From contig NC_068983.1 of the NCBI RefSeq assembly GCF_001194135.2, positions 134,195,525 through 134,259,524 of the forward strand: a stretch of DNA of 64,000 nucleotides, given 5' to 3'. A program made the translations under genes and the position numbers. The stretch is from Octopus bimaculoides. Lineage: Eukaryota. The notes under the pieces were generated by a model. It saw only the letters and a program-made list of their open reading frames with translations, was not told where the DNA came from and searched no databases. Positions 1 to 13,933 of the stretch are shown here, piece by piece. Every line of letters begins with the position of its first letter. Positions within the stretch are counted from its first letter, which is position 1.

Positions 1-313
1 TGTGGTGCATAAATTGTCAAGTAAATGAGACGCATCTTTGCCTCCACTGATTCACTTGCAAAGTGTTGAGTAAAATTATTTCGTTGCAGACCTCCTTTGG
101 GTCTTTTTATTATCACTGCGACACACATAGTCCCCAGTTGGTAACATTGATTTCAAGGCCCTCCTAGATGAGAGACTGGCATTCCACTTAATGTCTATGT
201 TCCATGCTGGCATGGATTGGAGAGTTATTAATGTAGAAATATGGTATCGTAGCTACTAACAGTTGAGGGTTGCGTAGTCTAGACGGCGGTTTTAGATTTC
301 ATTATTCTCTTTA

Positions 314-342
314 ACCCGGGCAAAGCCGGGTATTTCTGCTAG
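314..342 (+). mobile_element. Helitron-like 3' terminus
   Basis: GC hairpin ACCCGG-GCAAAG-CCGGGT (314-331), a short spacer, then CTAG (339-342) followed by T, the canonical Helitron 3' end architecture. 5' end not identified. Confidence 0.55.
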
Positions 343-851
343 TAATGAATAAATCAATCAATCAACCTACCTACCTACCTACCTACCTACCTACGTAGTA
401 CCTACCTAGCAATCTCTTTCTTTCGTTCTTTCTTTCTTTCTTTATGTATAAATATATATATATNNNNNNNNNNNNNNNNNNNNNNNNNNNNNNNNNNNNN
501 NNNNNNNNNNNNNNNNNNNNNNNNNNNNNNNNNNNNNNNNNNNNNNNNNNNNNNNNNNNNNNNNNNNNNNNNNNNNNNNNNNNNNNNNNNNNNNNNNNNN
601 NNNNNNNNNNNNNNNNNNNNNNNNNNNNNNNNNNNNNNNNNNNNNNNNNNNNNNNNNNNNNNNNNNNNNNNNNNNNNNNNNNNNNNNNNNNNNNNNNNNN
701 NNNNNNNNNNNNNNNNNNNNNNNNNNNNNNNNNNNNNNNNNNNNNNNNNNNNNNNNNNNNNNNNNNNNNNNNNNNNNNNNNNNNNNNNNNNNNNNNNNNN
801 NNNNNNNNNNNNNNNNNNNNNNNNNNNNNNNNNNNNNNNNNNNNNNNNNNN

Positions 852-903
<52 letters not shown>

Positions 904-1088
904 GATTGGTAGGTAGGTACTACGTAGGTAGGTCGGTAGGTAGGTAGGTAGGTTGATTTATTCATTCATTCATTACCATTCATGAATAATTACTGGTATG
1001 TTATTTTTCAACATCAATAACAGTTGTCTTCTTTCTCAAACCCCGATGATCCGATTTCATTTCTCTTTTTCTAATTTTCTTTCCACAG

Positions 1089-1764
1089 AGACGGCAAAGG
1101 TTTCAGGACCAGGGACCTTTTTCCTATGGAAGTAGTTGATATGATACTTGAGAACAATGAAAATGGAAACTACTGTGTTGATACTAGTGAATTATTTCGA
1201 CAAGACACCGAGAAATTCTTCCCAGCTGGTAATCAAGAAGAACTAAACGGCAACTTACGATTGTCAGTGAGTACTGTTTGTATTCCAAATCCATCTTGTG
1301 ACACATTTCAAACGATTAGCGGTTCGAGTGGAACCGGTCAACTTTGTAATTCTTCAACAGTTTACAACGTTGCCAATACGATCTCGAATAACCTCAAAGA
1401 CAACTGCAACAATATCCAAAGCAGTAGAGACTCTGTGTGTGTGGCAGTGAGCTCAGCGCCTAATCTGAGGTCGTCTCTTGGAACGAGAATAAGAGCGCCC
1501 ATTCAGAAAGTCAGTGAACAAGTGCTTATTAATCCGCTTCCGCCTGTCAGCAGACAAGTGCCAGTCGCTACAAACCGTCACAGTCAGGCATCTGGCTTGT
1601 GCCCCAATATTGGCCTGGCACTGAGGTCAGCTGCAAACCCCACATCAGCAGCAGCAATAGCAGCAACAACATCAGTTGCTGTAACAGATGTCCAAGGAAT
1701 CACTGGAAACGAAACTCTCATTAGACAGATTCCTGCAGACGCAAATACCATTGGAAATGATCAG
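1089..1764 (+). CDS. Coding exon (upstream exon of the low-complexity, TF-like gene); in-frame ATG at 1126
   Basis: Pyrimidine-rich acceptor ...TTTTCTTTCCACAG| ends at 1088. The frame is open from 1090 (DGKGFRTRDLFP-MEVVDMILENN...) to CAG at 1762-1764, followed by donor GTAATT (phase 0). The poly-Ile tail in the ORF track is just intronic (ATT)n. Sequence is non-repetitive and richer in GC than its flanks. Confidence 0.8.
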
Positions 1765-1767
1765 GTA

Positions 1768-1856
<89 letters not shown>

Positions 1857-2468
1857 CATTTATGAGTATTATTATTATTATTATCATTTATGAGTATTAT
1901 TATTATTATTAAGTGAGAGAGCAGCATACGNNNNNNNNNNNNNNNNNNNNNNNNNNNNNNNNNNNNNNNNNNNNNNNNNNNNNNNNNNNNNNNNNNNNNN
2001 NNNNNNNNNNNNNNNNNNNNNNNNNNNNNNNNNNNNNNNNNNNNNNNNNNNNNNNNNNNNNNNNNNNNNNNNNNNNNNNNNNNNNNNNNNNNNNNNNNNN
2101 NNNNNNNNNNNNNNNNNNNNNNNNNNNNNNNNNNNNNNNNNNNNNNNNNNNNNNNNNNNNNNNNNNNNNNNNNNNNNNNNNNNNNNNNNNNNNNNNNNNN
2201 NNNNNNNNNNNNNNNNNNNNNNNNNNNNNNNNNNNNNNNNNNNNNNNNNNNNNNNNNNNNNNNNNNNNNNNNNNNNNNNNNNNNNNNNNNNNNNNNNNNN
2301 NNNNNNNNNNNNNNNNNNNNNNNNNNNNNNNNNNNNNNNNNNNNNNNNNNNNNNNNNNNNNNNNNNNNNNNNNNNNNNNNNNNNNNNNNNNNNNNNNNNN
2401 NNNNNNNNNNNNNNNNNNNNNNNNNNNNNNNNNNNNNNNNNNNNNNNNNNNNNNNNNNNNNNNNNNNN

Positions 2469-2531
<63 letters not shown>

Positions 2532-3398
2532 ATACATATACATACATACATACATATATACAGACAGACAAACAGACAGACAGGCAGACACATGCTTTTG
2601 TGAGCAAATAACTAAGTGACAGTCTGCATAAACTTAAAAAATCAACCAATAACTCGCACATTACAAATACAATGTGTAAGCAGAATAGTAAAAATATACA
2701 AGACTTTTCTCAAGTTTAAAAGGTGACCTGGATTTTGTTACTTACATTCAAACGATGTAGCTTTGTACTTTTGTCAGGAACCAGTTCCTTCTTCAGAAGA
2801 AGAATTTAAATAATTAAAAGTAGAAGAGGACATACATACATACATACATACATACATACATACATACATACATACATACATACATACATACATACATACA
2901 CGTGTTTATTTTAATGATAAACTAAAATAAAATGTGCTCAATTCCAGAAAGGGAGATGATAAACTTTTTAATGAAATTTAAATTANNNNNNNNNNNNNNN
3001 NNNNNNNNNNNNNNNNNNNNNNNNNNNNNNNNNNNNNNNNNNNNNNNNNNNNNNNNNNNNNNNNNNNNNNNNNNNNNNNNNNNNNNNNNNNNNNNNNNNN
3101 NNNNNNNNNNNNNNNNNNNNNNNNNNNNNNNNNNNNNNNNNNNNNNNNNNNNNNNNNNNNNNNNNNNNNNNNNNNNNNNNNNNNNNNNNNNNNNNNNNNN
3201 NNNNNNNNNNNNNNNNNNNNNNNNNNNNNNNNNNNNNNNNNNNNNNNNNNNNNNNNNNNNNNNNNNNNNNNNNNNNNNNNNNNNNNNNNNNNNNNNNNNN
3301 NNNNNNNNNNNNNNNNNNNNNNNNNNNNNNNNNNNNNNNNNNNNNNNNNNNNNNNNNNNNNNNNNNNNNNNNNNNNNNNNNNNNNNNNNNNNNNNNNN

Positions 3399-3445
<47 letters not shown>

Positions 3446-4818
3446 CGAGCCTGTGTTTGTGTCTGTGTGTTTCTGTGTGTATACGTAAAGATTGCACTTG
3501 ATCTTGTCAGCAATGTTACGTGTATAGTCGTTAGTCAATAGAATAGGTGAACAGAAAGCCATAGATGATTGTGTAAATGTATCAGTCTATCAGACTAAAC
3601 GTAGCAAAATACAGCCATCCTGTTTATATAGAAGGTGAATATAATTAAATCACACGAATTTTAGTATTCTGTCGGTTCTATTAACTAATATTAAGGCCGA
3701 CATCATTAGAATTTAAACTCTAAAGTACAGGCTCTGTATATATTATCTAATACAACTTTTAAGCCTCATTATAACCGCCTACCCCATACAACAGGAAGCA
3801 CAGATGATTTGATAGGTTGTCAACTATTAGGTAAATTTTTTTTACTTAAAGGGAAAATAGTTTTATCGAATTCCGATATCTCTTTGTACATGCATGTATA
3901 TAATCAGTATTGATTTGGCATATTGCCGCAAAGCCGCACAATTGCTGAAGAGGGACGTATTTTCGATTTTATTGAACTTATTACATGACTAATACTTATT
4001 TTACCAATCTTGAAAAGATGAAAGGCTAAGTGCATTCCAACAAGATCTTATATCAAATCGTCAAAGGACTGTAGCTAAACATTATCACTCAACTGATACT
4101 TGACACCCACTGCCCTTTCCATATCTATAATCAATATTAAACATTATAATTCCAATAATTCCAATAACGTAATCGTAGGACACTGGCTGAAACTACAAAA
4201 GGAGTATTAACCAAAGATCACAAGATTTGGGTGAGCACAGACGTTTAAATTGATTGTAGGTTAATAATTTATTTGACCAAACTAAGAAAGATGAAAGGCA
4301 AAAATTGACTCCGGCTAAACTCGAAATGGAGTCGAACAACGCGTATCTACCCCAAGGAATTTTGTCGGGCGCTCTGCTTATTACGTCATTCGCGTAGTAT
4401 TCTGTATTCCCCAATATAATACCGTTATAATTTATAAAGCACAAGTTTGTGTGAATGTGTGTATCAATGTTTTTGTGGTATGTTGATATATTTACTATAT
4501 TTACTCACACATGCGACCAACAGCACGCACACATGTAGACCAAAGAAACTTTCGTACAATTGTATACCCATCTTAATGTAATCTCTCAGCATGGACCTAA
4601 ATTGTACTTCTTAATGAAAATATTAAAATATCTCAACTCAAATGTTATAGTAACTACTCAAGGTTTATACCTTTCGTCTACACCACTGGTGATTGCAGTG
4701 TAGGTTACACTTCAAGCCTTGGACAAACAACTGAAGCTGAATAAAGTGAGATACTTAGACAAGTTTTGTGAAGTCTCTAAGCTCCTTAATCATTTAATTC
4801 GTAATGTATTATGAATAT

Positions 4819-4952
4819 TCCACCGAGGTCGACTTTGCCTTTCAGTCTTTAGGGGTCGATAAATTAAGTACCAGTTGCGTACTGGGGTCAATCTAATTGA
4901 CTGGCCCCCTCCCCAAAAATTTCGGGCTTTGTGCCTAGAGTAGAAAAGAATA
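4819..4952 (+). mobile_element. 5'-truncated SINE, family A (tRNA-type SINE with core GAGGTCGACTTTGCCTTTCATCCTTTCGGGGTCGATAAATTAAGTACCAG; resembles the Meta-domain SINEs)
   Basis: Matches the full-length copies at 18448, 55105 and 61043. A 12-bp target-site duplication TATTATGAATAT lies at 4807-4818 and 4953-4964. Confidence 0.85.
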
Positions 4953-5621
4953 TATTATGAATATGTAACAACCCACTTTGTTTATAAAACACAATTACTT
5001 AACGGCTTATGTGACATGTCAAATATAGAATATATATATATATATNNNNNNNNNNTATACATATATATATATATATATATATACATACATACATACATAC
5101 ATATATATAAATCAGCTTACTAAACAAAGAGCATCTCTTCATATAACAAATCGATGTATTCTGCAAAATTTAAAAAAATGACATACATCAAGTGTACAAT
5201 GCTTCCGTTATTTATAATAGTGAAAAGTACGTCCTATTGATACCTACTTGCACGTAGGTGGATTAGGGTATTGAGAATTATGGGTTTTCATAAGAAATAT
5301 AATAGAGTACCGGTAACGGGTTACGAACTATCAACCAGAGCTCTGACAAGGCTGCTCCTCGGAACTGGCATATTTTATATGATAAACGTGCGGTGGTATA
5401 TATGAGGTCATTAGGTCTATAAAAATGCAGGACATACAGTGTATGCAAGTGTGATTCTTTGTGTGAGTGTGCGCGCGCGCGCGTGTGAATACGTGCGCAT
5501 GCACCAATGTGCGTGTCGCCGGATCGTTATGATGAAGCAGTCTTTAAGATAGTGACAATTTGGTGTTATAAAATAAGTCTGGGGCTAGGTGACTGATGGA
5601 TGACTCAAGGGCGTTGATGTG

Positions 5622-5660
<39 letters not shown>

Positions 5661-5694
5661 NNNNNNNNNNNNNNNNNNNNNNNNNNNNNNNNNN

Positions 5695-5731
<37 letters not shown>

Positions 5732-6007
5732 CTCTCCCCATCTCTCTCTCAGTGCAAGTACTTATTCAGTTATCATTGTGTCGACCTACAGGCTGAAGAG
5801 TAGACGATTATATCCGATCGATCACCTCCACGGGTGTGTTGTACTCGTGAAAAATAGTTAACATGTTGGTTTTGTTAATCTAGCTGTTATTAAGTACCTT
5901 CACAATGTATTATTTATTATCATATTAGCCTATACAATTACCATTTTCTTCCCCACAAAAAAGCAATGGTTTTATTAAACCCTACCATCGAATTAAAAGA
6001 AAATTGT

Positions 6008-6048
<41 letters not shown>

Positions 6049-6083
6049 TATTATTATTATTATTATTTCTCGTCATCATCATT

Positions 6084-6293
6084 AAGGCAGAATCGTTAGC
6101 TTACCGGGCAAAAGACTTATCTACATTTCATCCATCTTTACGTTTGGGTTCAAATGCTGCTGGAGTTGACTTTGCCTTTTATCCTTTGGCGGGGTCGATG
6201 AGATAAGTTCCAGTTATGCATTGGTGTCGATGTAATCGACTATCCTCCTTCTCCAAAATTTCAGGTTTATTATTATTATTATTATTATTACTA
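6084..6293 (+). mobile_element. SINE family A, older diverged copy with (ATT)n tail
   Basis: GGCAGAATCGTTAGC head, GGGTTCAAAT B-box-like motif, GTTGACTTTGCCTTTTATCCTTT core, (TAT)n tail. Confidence 0.75.
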
Positions 6294-7531
6294 TTTTGGT
6301 TTGGCTCAGGTTCAGTGTTTTTCCTGGTAGGATTTATGTGGATAACGGGTTACCACCTGTAGCTTTAGGTATCCACAAGTTTTTAGCTGTCTTTCAAGTG
6401 CTTTTAATCCTCTTGATAATCCTTGCTGTCCCTATAAGACAAACTCTACAGGGCATTCTATTCCAATCTCTTTCAGCCATTTGTTTCTATCTTGGCTTAC
6501 GCACCAATTATTATAGGGACGACCGTTACTGCTCTCATGCTCCAAATTCTTCCTATTTCAAATTTTAAGGGATTGTATATTTTTTATATTTTTCATCCTC
6601 TTTCTTTGAAATCCTGAAATCAAACGGGCAAAATGGATCGATAAGGAAGCAACTTTGATTTTCCTTATCTTCAATTGTTATGTCCAGTCTGTTATTTTCT
6701 AACATCTTGTCTGTTCGAAAAGTGAATCCCACAAAATCTTAGATTTCTCTGACTCCAGTACTCTTTCGACTCGGTGATTGTACCATGTGTTTCCGGCTTC
6801 AAATCCCCATTTCTGGCACAGTTTCCCGTGTATAACTTTTACGATCTGGTTGTGCCTCCACTTCTTGTATTCTTCCTGTTCCAACTTGGGGCATTCTGTC
6901 ACAATGTGTGTCACTGTCTCGTTCCAAGTTCCACAGGCTGTACATTTTTCTGACACGTTCTTTCTATATATTTTTTTTCTGAAGTTGTTTGTTTTTATTG
7001 CTTGATCTTGGGCTGCTACAATTAGGCTCTCTCTTTCTTTTTTTAATTGCCCCCCCCCTTTTTTTAACAAAGCCCAGGATTTTGTTTCGCATGCGTCTTC
7101 AGTTGCTCTCCAAAATTGGCCGTGCAGAGGTTTCTCTTCAATCTGTCTGATGTGCTCTCTGTATTTCATTCTTGTCCTTTTCTCCTATTACACGCTTGAT
7201 CACCTGTTCTTTATTTACTGTCTTTTGTAATTTATCTGTGCTGCTCTGTAAATGCTCTACTATGCTTTTTCTGTACACATTCTTCTACTGCTATTAAGCC
7301 TCTTTCACTTTGGTCTCTCCTCAAGTACACCCGATTGATATCAGCTTTTGGATGGTGGGTTCCATACATTGTCAACAGCTTTCTAGTTTTTCTGTCAAGT
7401 TTCTTTATATCGTTTCTGGTCCAGTCTATTATTCCAATCCCATATCTGATTAAGGGTACTGCTCTTGAATTTATTGCTTCGGTAAGATTTTTTGAATTCA
7501 GCTTTGACTGCAATAATTTTCTTACTTTCAT
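6291..7531 (-). mobile_element. 5'-truncated, frameshifted R4/Dong-clade non-LTR retrotransposon (RT thumb, zinc knuckle, restriction-like endonuclease, 3' UTR)
   Basis: Minus-strand peptides: AINSRAVPLIRYGIGIIDW; LHGQF; ESLIVAAQDQ; CX2CX8HX4C knuckle (CTACGTWNETVTHIVTEC); WRHNQ; NRLDI (PD motif mutated)...LIDPFCPFD...KEDEKYKKY; terminal CLIGTARIIKRI. The 3' end runs into (TAA)n. Confidence 0.88.
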
Positions 7532-8040
7532 TATAATAATTATTATTATGATGATGATTGAGGTACAAATATACGAAGCCCAGTATACCCATCATGACTA
7601 CTCGTCTGATAAGGATACACCATGCATCACAACCAAATGTGCATCACAACCAAATGTGCGCGACATTGTGATCTCATATCAAGATTAACTGCGCATGACC
7701 TCGCAGGTGGGACCCAGTTAGAATTTTCTTCAGGTCGAGTAGCCCATCCCGCTCAAATGGTACCTGAATAAGGGTTGTTTAAGGGTGCTGAACGAAACAC
7801 CCCTGTTTCCAGAGGTGAATTATTCAAACTCCAAAGAATTCCTCTCAATACATAGCTACGATGCTCCCCCACTACTTTTGCTCGTGATCAGAGATGCACA
7901 TATCTTCAGCCACCAAAGAAAATGTTCAACTTGTTAAGGTCAAGCAACTGACAAGCAAATCTGTGGTATTGAGTAGAATATTTGCTGTAGCCCATTTTTT
8001 ATACCAAGACATATCATCATCGTCGTCGTCGTCGTCGTCG

Positions 8041-8077
<37 letters not shown>

Positions 8078-8082
8078 CATTC

Positions 8083-8310
8083 AAGGCAGCTAGTTGGCAG
8101 AATCATTAGCACACCGGGCAAAATGCTTAGCAGCTTTTCATCTGTCCTTATGTTCTGAGTTTAAATTCCGCCGAGGTTAACTTTACCTTTCATCCTTTCA
8201 GGATCGATAAAATAGGTACCAGTTGAACTCTGCGGTCGATCTAATTGACTTATCTCTTTCCCCCGAAATTGCTGGCAATGTACCAAAATTTGAAATCATC
8301 ATCATTATTA
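8083..8310 (+). mobile_element. SINE family A, diverged full-length copy
   Basis: AAGGCAGC..TGGCAGAATCATTAGCACACCGGGCAAAATGCTTAGC head, core and 3' end. Preceded by (ATC)n. Confidence 0.8.
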
Positions 8311-8956
8311 CTGTTGGTGGTGGTGTTGTTGTTTAGAATAATGCTGTCGCGTATCATAGCGCATTTTGCTCTTGAGGTGCACCTACGGGATATCATTGAT
8401 CTCTGGTAGTTCGAGAGAAGATATCGTGAAGTGATTCCCTGTTTTCCCTCTTCTCTACCAACGAAGGACGTTGGACCTGGAAACCTGCTTTCCATTGACT
8501 ACAATGTTACCAAGCCTCGTGGTAACACCTAATGTTACCTTAGCCTAGGTGAACTTGCTCAGTAAGAATTAAGTGTTTGGTTGTTTATAGTTTTGTCTAT
8601 TGCTGTTTCTATTATCGCTGGTGCTGTTTGTAAAATGAGCTGCATGTAACTGGATACGAAACGCTGAACCTTCGGTTAGTATACCAGCAATTTATCGACT
8701 AAGCTCGCTTATGAGCCTGCTGAGTGAAGTGTTGGGTATCACTTATAAACAATGGCACAATAGGAAGTGACCGGATAAAAAGTCTATAGGACACATTGTG
8801 AAATTTACCTAGGAAGATAATCAGCCTTATATTAAAGGATAATGTACATTTTCCTTTCTATAATTTATTCATCTATTTATTTATTTTCTCATTTTTCATT
8901 TCATTTTCGTTTTCTAGTCCGCTTTTCATACATACATACATACATACATACATACA

Positions 8957-9016
<60 letters not shown>

Positions 9017-9692
9017 CACACACACATAGTTATACATACATACATACATACACTTATATACATACATTGTGCGTGTGTGTGTCTGTGTATTGTTTTTAGC
9101 TTTTAATTAATTTTTTTTTTGTCGTATTCCTTCTGTCTTTTCTGGTGCTTTCATCATGTTTATTCTTTTTTGACATTCTCTCATTCTTTTTTTTTTCTTT
9201 TTACTTGCCTCTATCTTCCTTTCTTTATATTTTTTCAGAGCCTCCCCCAACCCTTCCCATATTTTTGCATTGTCTTCCTTTCCCCTCACAACGCCCATCA
9301 GAAAGTCTCGTATATCACCAGACTAATTATTCTGGATATCATGACAACCTGCCACCTCTGATCACATACTTGCTCCCACAAAACAAAATGTCTTACAGCA
9401 ATTGTTTTGACTGTCACTTTTTATATTAGATGGATGTGCTGTTATTAATTATGATTGAGGTAAAGGCAATGGAAGGGTAGAAACGGTAAATTGCCGCAAT
9501 ACTCTGCATTATTTAGCCTCGTCCTTGTTTTGGTGTTGCATTCAAAGCCCTCAGGCTTCAATCTTACTTTCTCTCCTCGCAGTAATAAATTAAGCACTAG
9601 TAACAAAGAGAATGCAGTCTACTGTACCGCTTATATACACAAACTTTTTACTATTATTATTATAGTGTTACTGTGACTGTGTTACTCTAAAA

Positions 9693-9853
9693 CAGTAGTT
9701 CTCAACCGTGGTTCATTTGACCCTTGAGGATCCATATAAGATTTAGTTGTTTATATGTAATAATTTGGTTATACTTGCACAATACACAAACAGTTATGGG
9801 AATCCAGTAAGAATCAAAGGGTTCCAGAGGTGAAAAATGGTGGAGAACCATTG
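9693..9853. mobile_element. hAT-type MITE
   Basis: TIRs CAGTAGTTCTCAACC / GGTGGAGAACCATTG (12/15 complementary). Perfect 8-bp TSD CTCTAAAA at 9685-9692 and 9854-9861. Confidence 0.85.
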
Positions 9854-11303
9854 CTCTAAAATATATAATCTCTATAAGGAGTTTGTTGGGAGAAATTTGA
9901 TTACTATAGATAGTATCTCAAGCAATTACACACAAGTTCGCAATCTCATGGCTTAATAAGAATCATATTTGATTATGTAGATATTATGATGCACATTAAA
10001 AACTGGATTCTATTATTTGTTATTTTTAAATTTTAAAGCAGTCATTTTAAATTATTAAAAAAAAAATAAGGGTAAGGTCTTTGTTAAATAAATCTTCAAC
10101 TCAGACTGCAGGGGAGAACTGATGTAAGTAAAATATCAAACTAGTGAGCTGTATATAGGTTGTGGCTTCAAATTCCTCAATAGATCTTTTGTTATATCTG
10201 AGGGCAAGGTACTTAATATGTAGCAGATTTCCTGGAAATCATATCTAGGAAAAGAAGGGATTACTCCTGTCCTATTGTACTCTAAAAAGTACTGGAAAGT
10301 ATTTCTTCTCCTTTCACAGATAGCAGTAATCCAATGTGTTGGTGCTTATCTTCAATTCTTGTTGCGTTAATCAACAAATTGCCTTTTGTTAATGATTTCT
10401 TGCAGATTCTCGTTTTCATTATGTGCAGAATTCTTTAGTATAGCAGATTGGCGGTATCATTTGGGTGCCAGAAGAGAAATCTTCTGTGACATTTGTGGCG
10501 GCTATTTACGTTCTCAATTCAAATCCCGCCGAACTTTATTTTGCTTTCAACTCTCTGGAATCAATATAATGAAAAACCGGTCGGATANNNNNNNNNNNNN
10601 NNNNNNNNNNNNNNNNNNNNNNNNNNNNNNNNNNNNNNNNNNNNNNNNNNNNNNNNNNNNNNNNNNNNNNNNNNNNNNNNNNNNNNNNNNNNNNNNNNNN
10701 NNNNNNNNNNNNNNNNNNNNNNNNNNNNNNNNNNNNNNNNNNNNNNNNNNNNNNNNNNNNNNNNNNNNNNNNNNNNNNNNNNNNNNNNNNNNNNNNNNNN
10801 NNNNNNNNNNNNNNNNNNNNNNNNNNNNNNNNNNNNNNNNNNNNNNNNNNNNNNNNNNNNNNNNNNNNNNNNNNNNNNNNNNNNNNNNNNNNNNNNNNNN
10901 NNNNNNNNNNNNNNNNNNNNNNNNNNNNNNNNNNNNNNNNNNNNNNNNNNNNNNNNNNNNNNNNNNNNNNNNNNNNNNNNNNNNNNNNNNNNNNNNNNNN
11001 NNNNNNNNNNNNNNNNNNNNNNNNNNNNNNNNNNNNNNNNNNNNNNNNNNNNNNNNNNNNNNNNNNNNNNNNNNNNNNNNNNNNNNNNNNNNNNNNNNNN
11101 NNNNNNNNNNNNNNNNNNNNNNNNNNNNNNNNNNNNNNNNNNNNNNNNNNNNNNNNNNNNNNNNNNNNNNNNNNNNNNNNNNNNNNNNNNNNNNNNNTAC
11201 ACACATATACATACACACACATGGATACATATATATATTCATAGTTAGCCTCGACATTCCTACCTTCTTTTTCAAACTCTTTCTTTCACCATTATTATTT
11301 CTG

Positions 11304-11345
<42 letters not shown>

Positions 11346-13055
11346 CGTTTACTATCTATTTATCTGTCTACCTTTCTTTCTCTCTATCTTTCTTCCGTTT
11401 TTCCTTCTTTTATTCTGCCACTCACTCTCTTTTCTTTCTTGCTTTCCTTTCTTCTCTCCTACCTTAATATTCTCTCTCTTTCACAAGTTTCTACCTTCCT
11501 TCAATCCTGTCTTGTCAGCGACTCTGAAACTTACCCCACACAGGACTAAATGTCCATAGTCCACTATTCTCACGGATATGCAGACACGAGAACATGGCAT
11601 TATATGTCATTCACTTAGATTATGCCGGGAGATAGATTTCGTGGGTAAATCATACAACCAGTGTGTATTTTTTTTGTATTGTGTACAATAAGGGATGGTA
11701 ACGGGAGTAACACTGTTGGTGGTGGAGGAGCCGATGGTATTCATCATCTGCATAATTTGCATATTTGCCTTATTTGTGAAAACAATTGACTTGATTTCAG
11801 TTGTTTTATACTATATGTGTGCACATGTGCGTGTATATATATGAGTGTGCATGTACGCGCACGCGGACGCGCACGCGTGTGTGAATGTGCTCACATATGT
11901 TTATACGAACTTGCTTAATTTGCATAATCATCGAATTTATGTGTGTATATGTTTACGAATTCTATGATTGCCTGTGAGCCTATATTGTGAGTATGCATGT
12001 ACGTATGTATGTATGTATGTATCTATCTATCTATATATATATATACACACACACACACACATATATATATATGAACACCACACACACATAGAAGCACATA
12101 TATACACAAATGGACATAAATATGCATAATTGTATATGTGTGTATATGTATATATGTATATATATATATATATNNNNNNNNNNNNNNNNNNNNNNNNNNN
12201 NNNNNNNNNNNNNNNNNNNNNNNNNNNNNNNNNNNNNNNNNNNNNNNNNNNNNNNNNNNNNNNNNNNNNNNNNNNNNNNNNNNNNNNNNNNNNNNNNNNN
12301 NNNNNNNNNNNNNNNNNNNNNNNNNNNNNNNNNNNNNNNNNNNNNNNNNNNNNNNNNNNNNNNNNNNNNNNNNNNNNNNNNNNNNNNNNNNNNNNNNNNN
12401 NNNNNNNNNNNNNNNNNNNNNNNNNNNNNNNNNNNNNNNNNNNNNNNNNNNNNNNNNNNNNNNNNNNNNNNNNNNNNNNNNNNNNNNNNNNNNNNNNNNN
12501 NNNNNNNNNNNNNNNNNNNNNNNNNNNNNNNNNNNNNNNNNNNNNNNNNNNNNNNNNNNNNNNNNNNNNNNNNNNNNNNNNNNNNNNNNNNNNNNNNNNN
12601 NNNNNNNNNNNNNNNNNNNNNNNNNNNNNNNNNNNNNNNNNNNNNNNNNNNNNNNNNNNNNNNNNNNNNNNNNNNNNNNNNNNNNNNNNNNNNNNNNNNN
12701 NNNNNNNNNNNNNNNNNNNNNNNNNNNNNNNNNNNNNNNNNNNNNNNNNNNNNNNNNNNNNNNNNNNNNNNNNNNNNNNNNNNNNNNNNNNNNNNNNNNN
12801 NNNNNNNNNNNNNNNNNNNNNNNNNNNNNNNNNNNNNNNNNNNNNNNNNNNNNNNNNNNNNNNNNNNNNNNNNNNNNNNNNNNNNNNNNNNNNNNNNNNN
12901 NNNNNNNNNNNNNNNNNNNNNNNNNNNNNNNNNNNNNNNNNNNNNNNNNNNNNNNNNNNNNNNNNNNNNNNNNNNNNNNNNNNNNNNNNNNNNNNNNNNN
13001 NNNNNNNNNNNNNNNNNNNNNNNNNNNNNNNNNNNNNNNNNNNNNNNNNNNNNNN

Positions 13056-13405
13056 TTCTTATGTGAGATGCAGTGGACGGCACTTTTGGCACCATGCAGT
13101 GGCGACCCGTGCGGGCATTCCTGTAGTACTTGATGCCAAAGTTTGGCACCAGTCCTTCCAGTATTTTCCATATGTATATTATTACATATCTCTCTCGCCT
13201 GCGCTCCAGGGAGTAGAGACCTAGTGCCTTCAGTCGCTCCCTGTAGTTCATCTGTTGGACTGTGGCGATCTTTTTTGTATAGTGCCGCTGAATTGCTTCG
13301 AGTTCTGCTGTCCGCTTAACACTGTGTGGTGACCACAACTGAGAGCAATAGTCTAGGCGGCTCAGAACAAATGTCTTCCATAGAGTCAACATGACTTTTT
13401 GATCC
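13056..13405 (-). mobile_element. CR1-group LINE fragment (C-terminal part of RT); runs into a gap
   Basis: Peptide VMLTLWKTFVLSRLDYCSQLWSP...LEAIQRHYTK...YRERLKALGLYSLERRRER, a typical CR1/L2-group RT C-terminus. Confidence 0.88.
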
Positions 13406-13782
13406 CTATATATATATATATATATACATATAGATACACACGTGTATATATATCTATATATTTATTTATATATACATATAGACACACACATCTGTATATA
13501 TATATATATATATATATGTATCTATGTATCTATGTATGTGTATATGTTATTGAAAGACTGCATCAAATACGCTACATATTGTGATTAATAAATTAATATT
13601 ATCAATCGGTTCTATTTCTCTAATTGTATACCTGCCAATATATTTTTCTATTTATTTTTCCATCTGTTTTGCTATATTATTTTCCCTCTCTCACTTATTC
13701 CTTTTGTCTCTCTTTAGATACATAAAGTGGGAGGGGGTAAATGTATTTGATAGACATACAAAGAAACAGATAGATATGCAGG

Positions 13783-13933
<151 letters not shown>

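Noticed and set aside
8455-8490. ACCAACGAAGGACGTTGGACCTGGAAAC, a hammerhead-like remnant
   Set aside because: The CUGANGA core is absent, so it is too degenerate to call.
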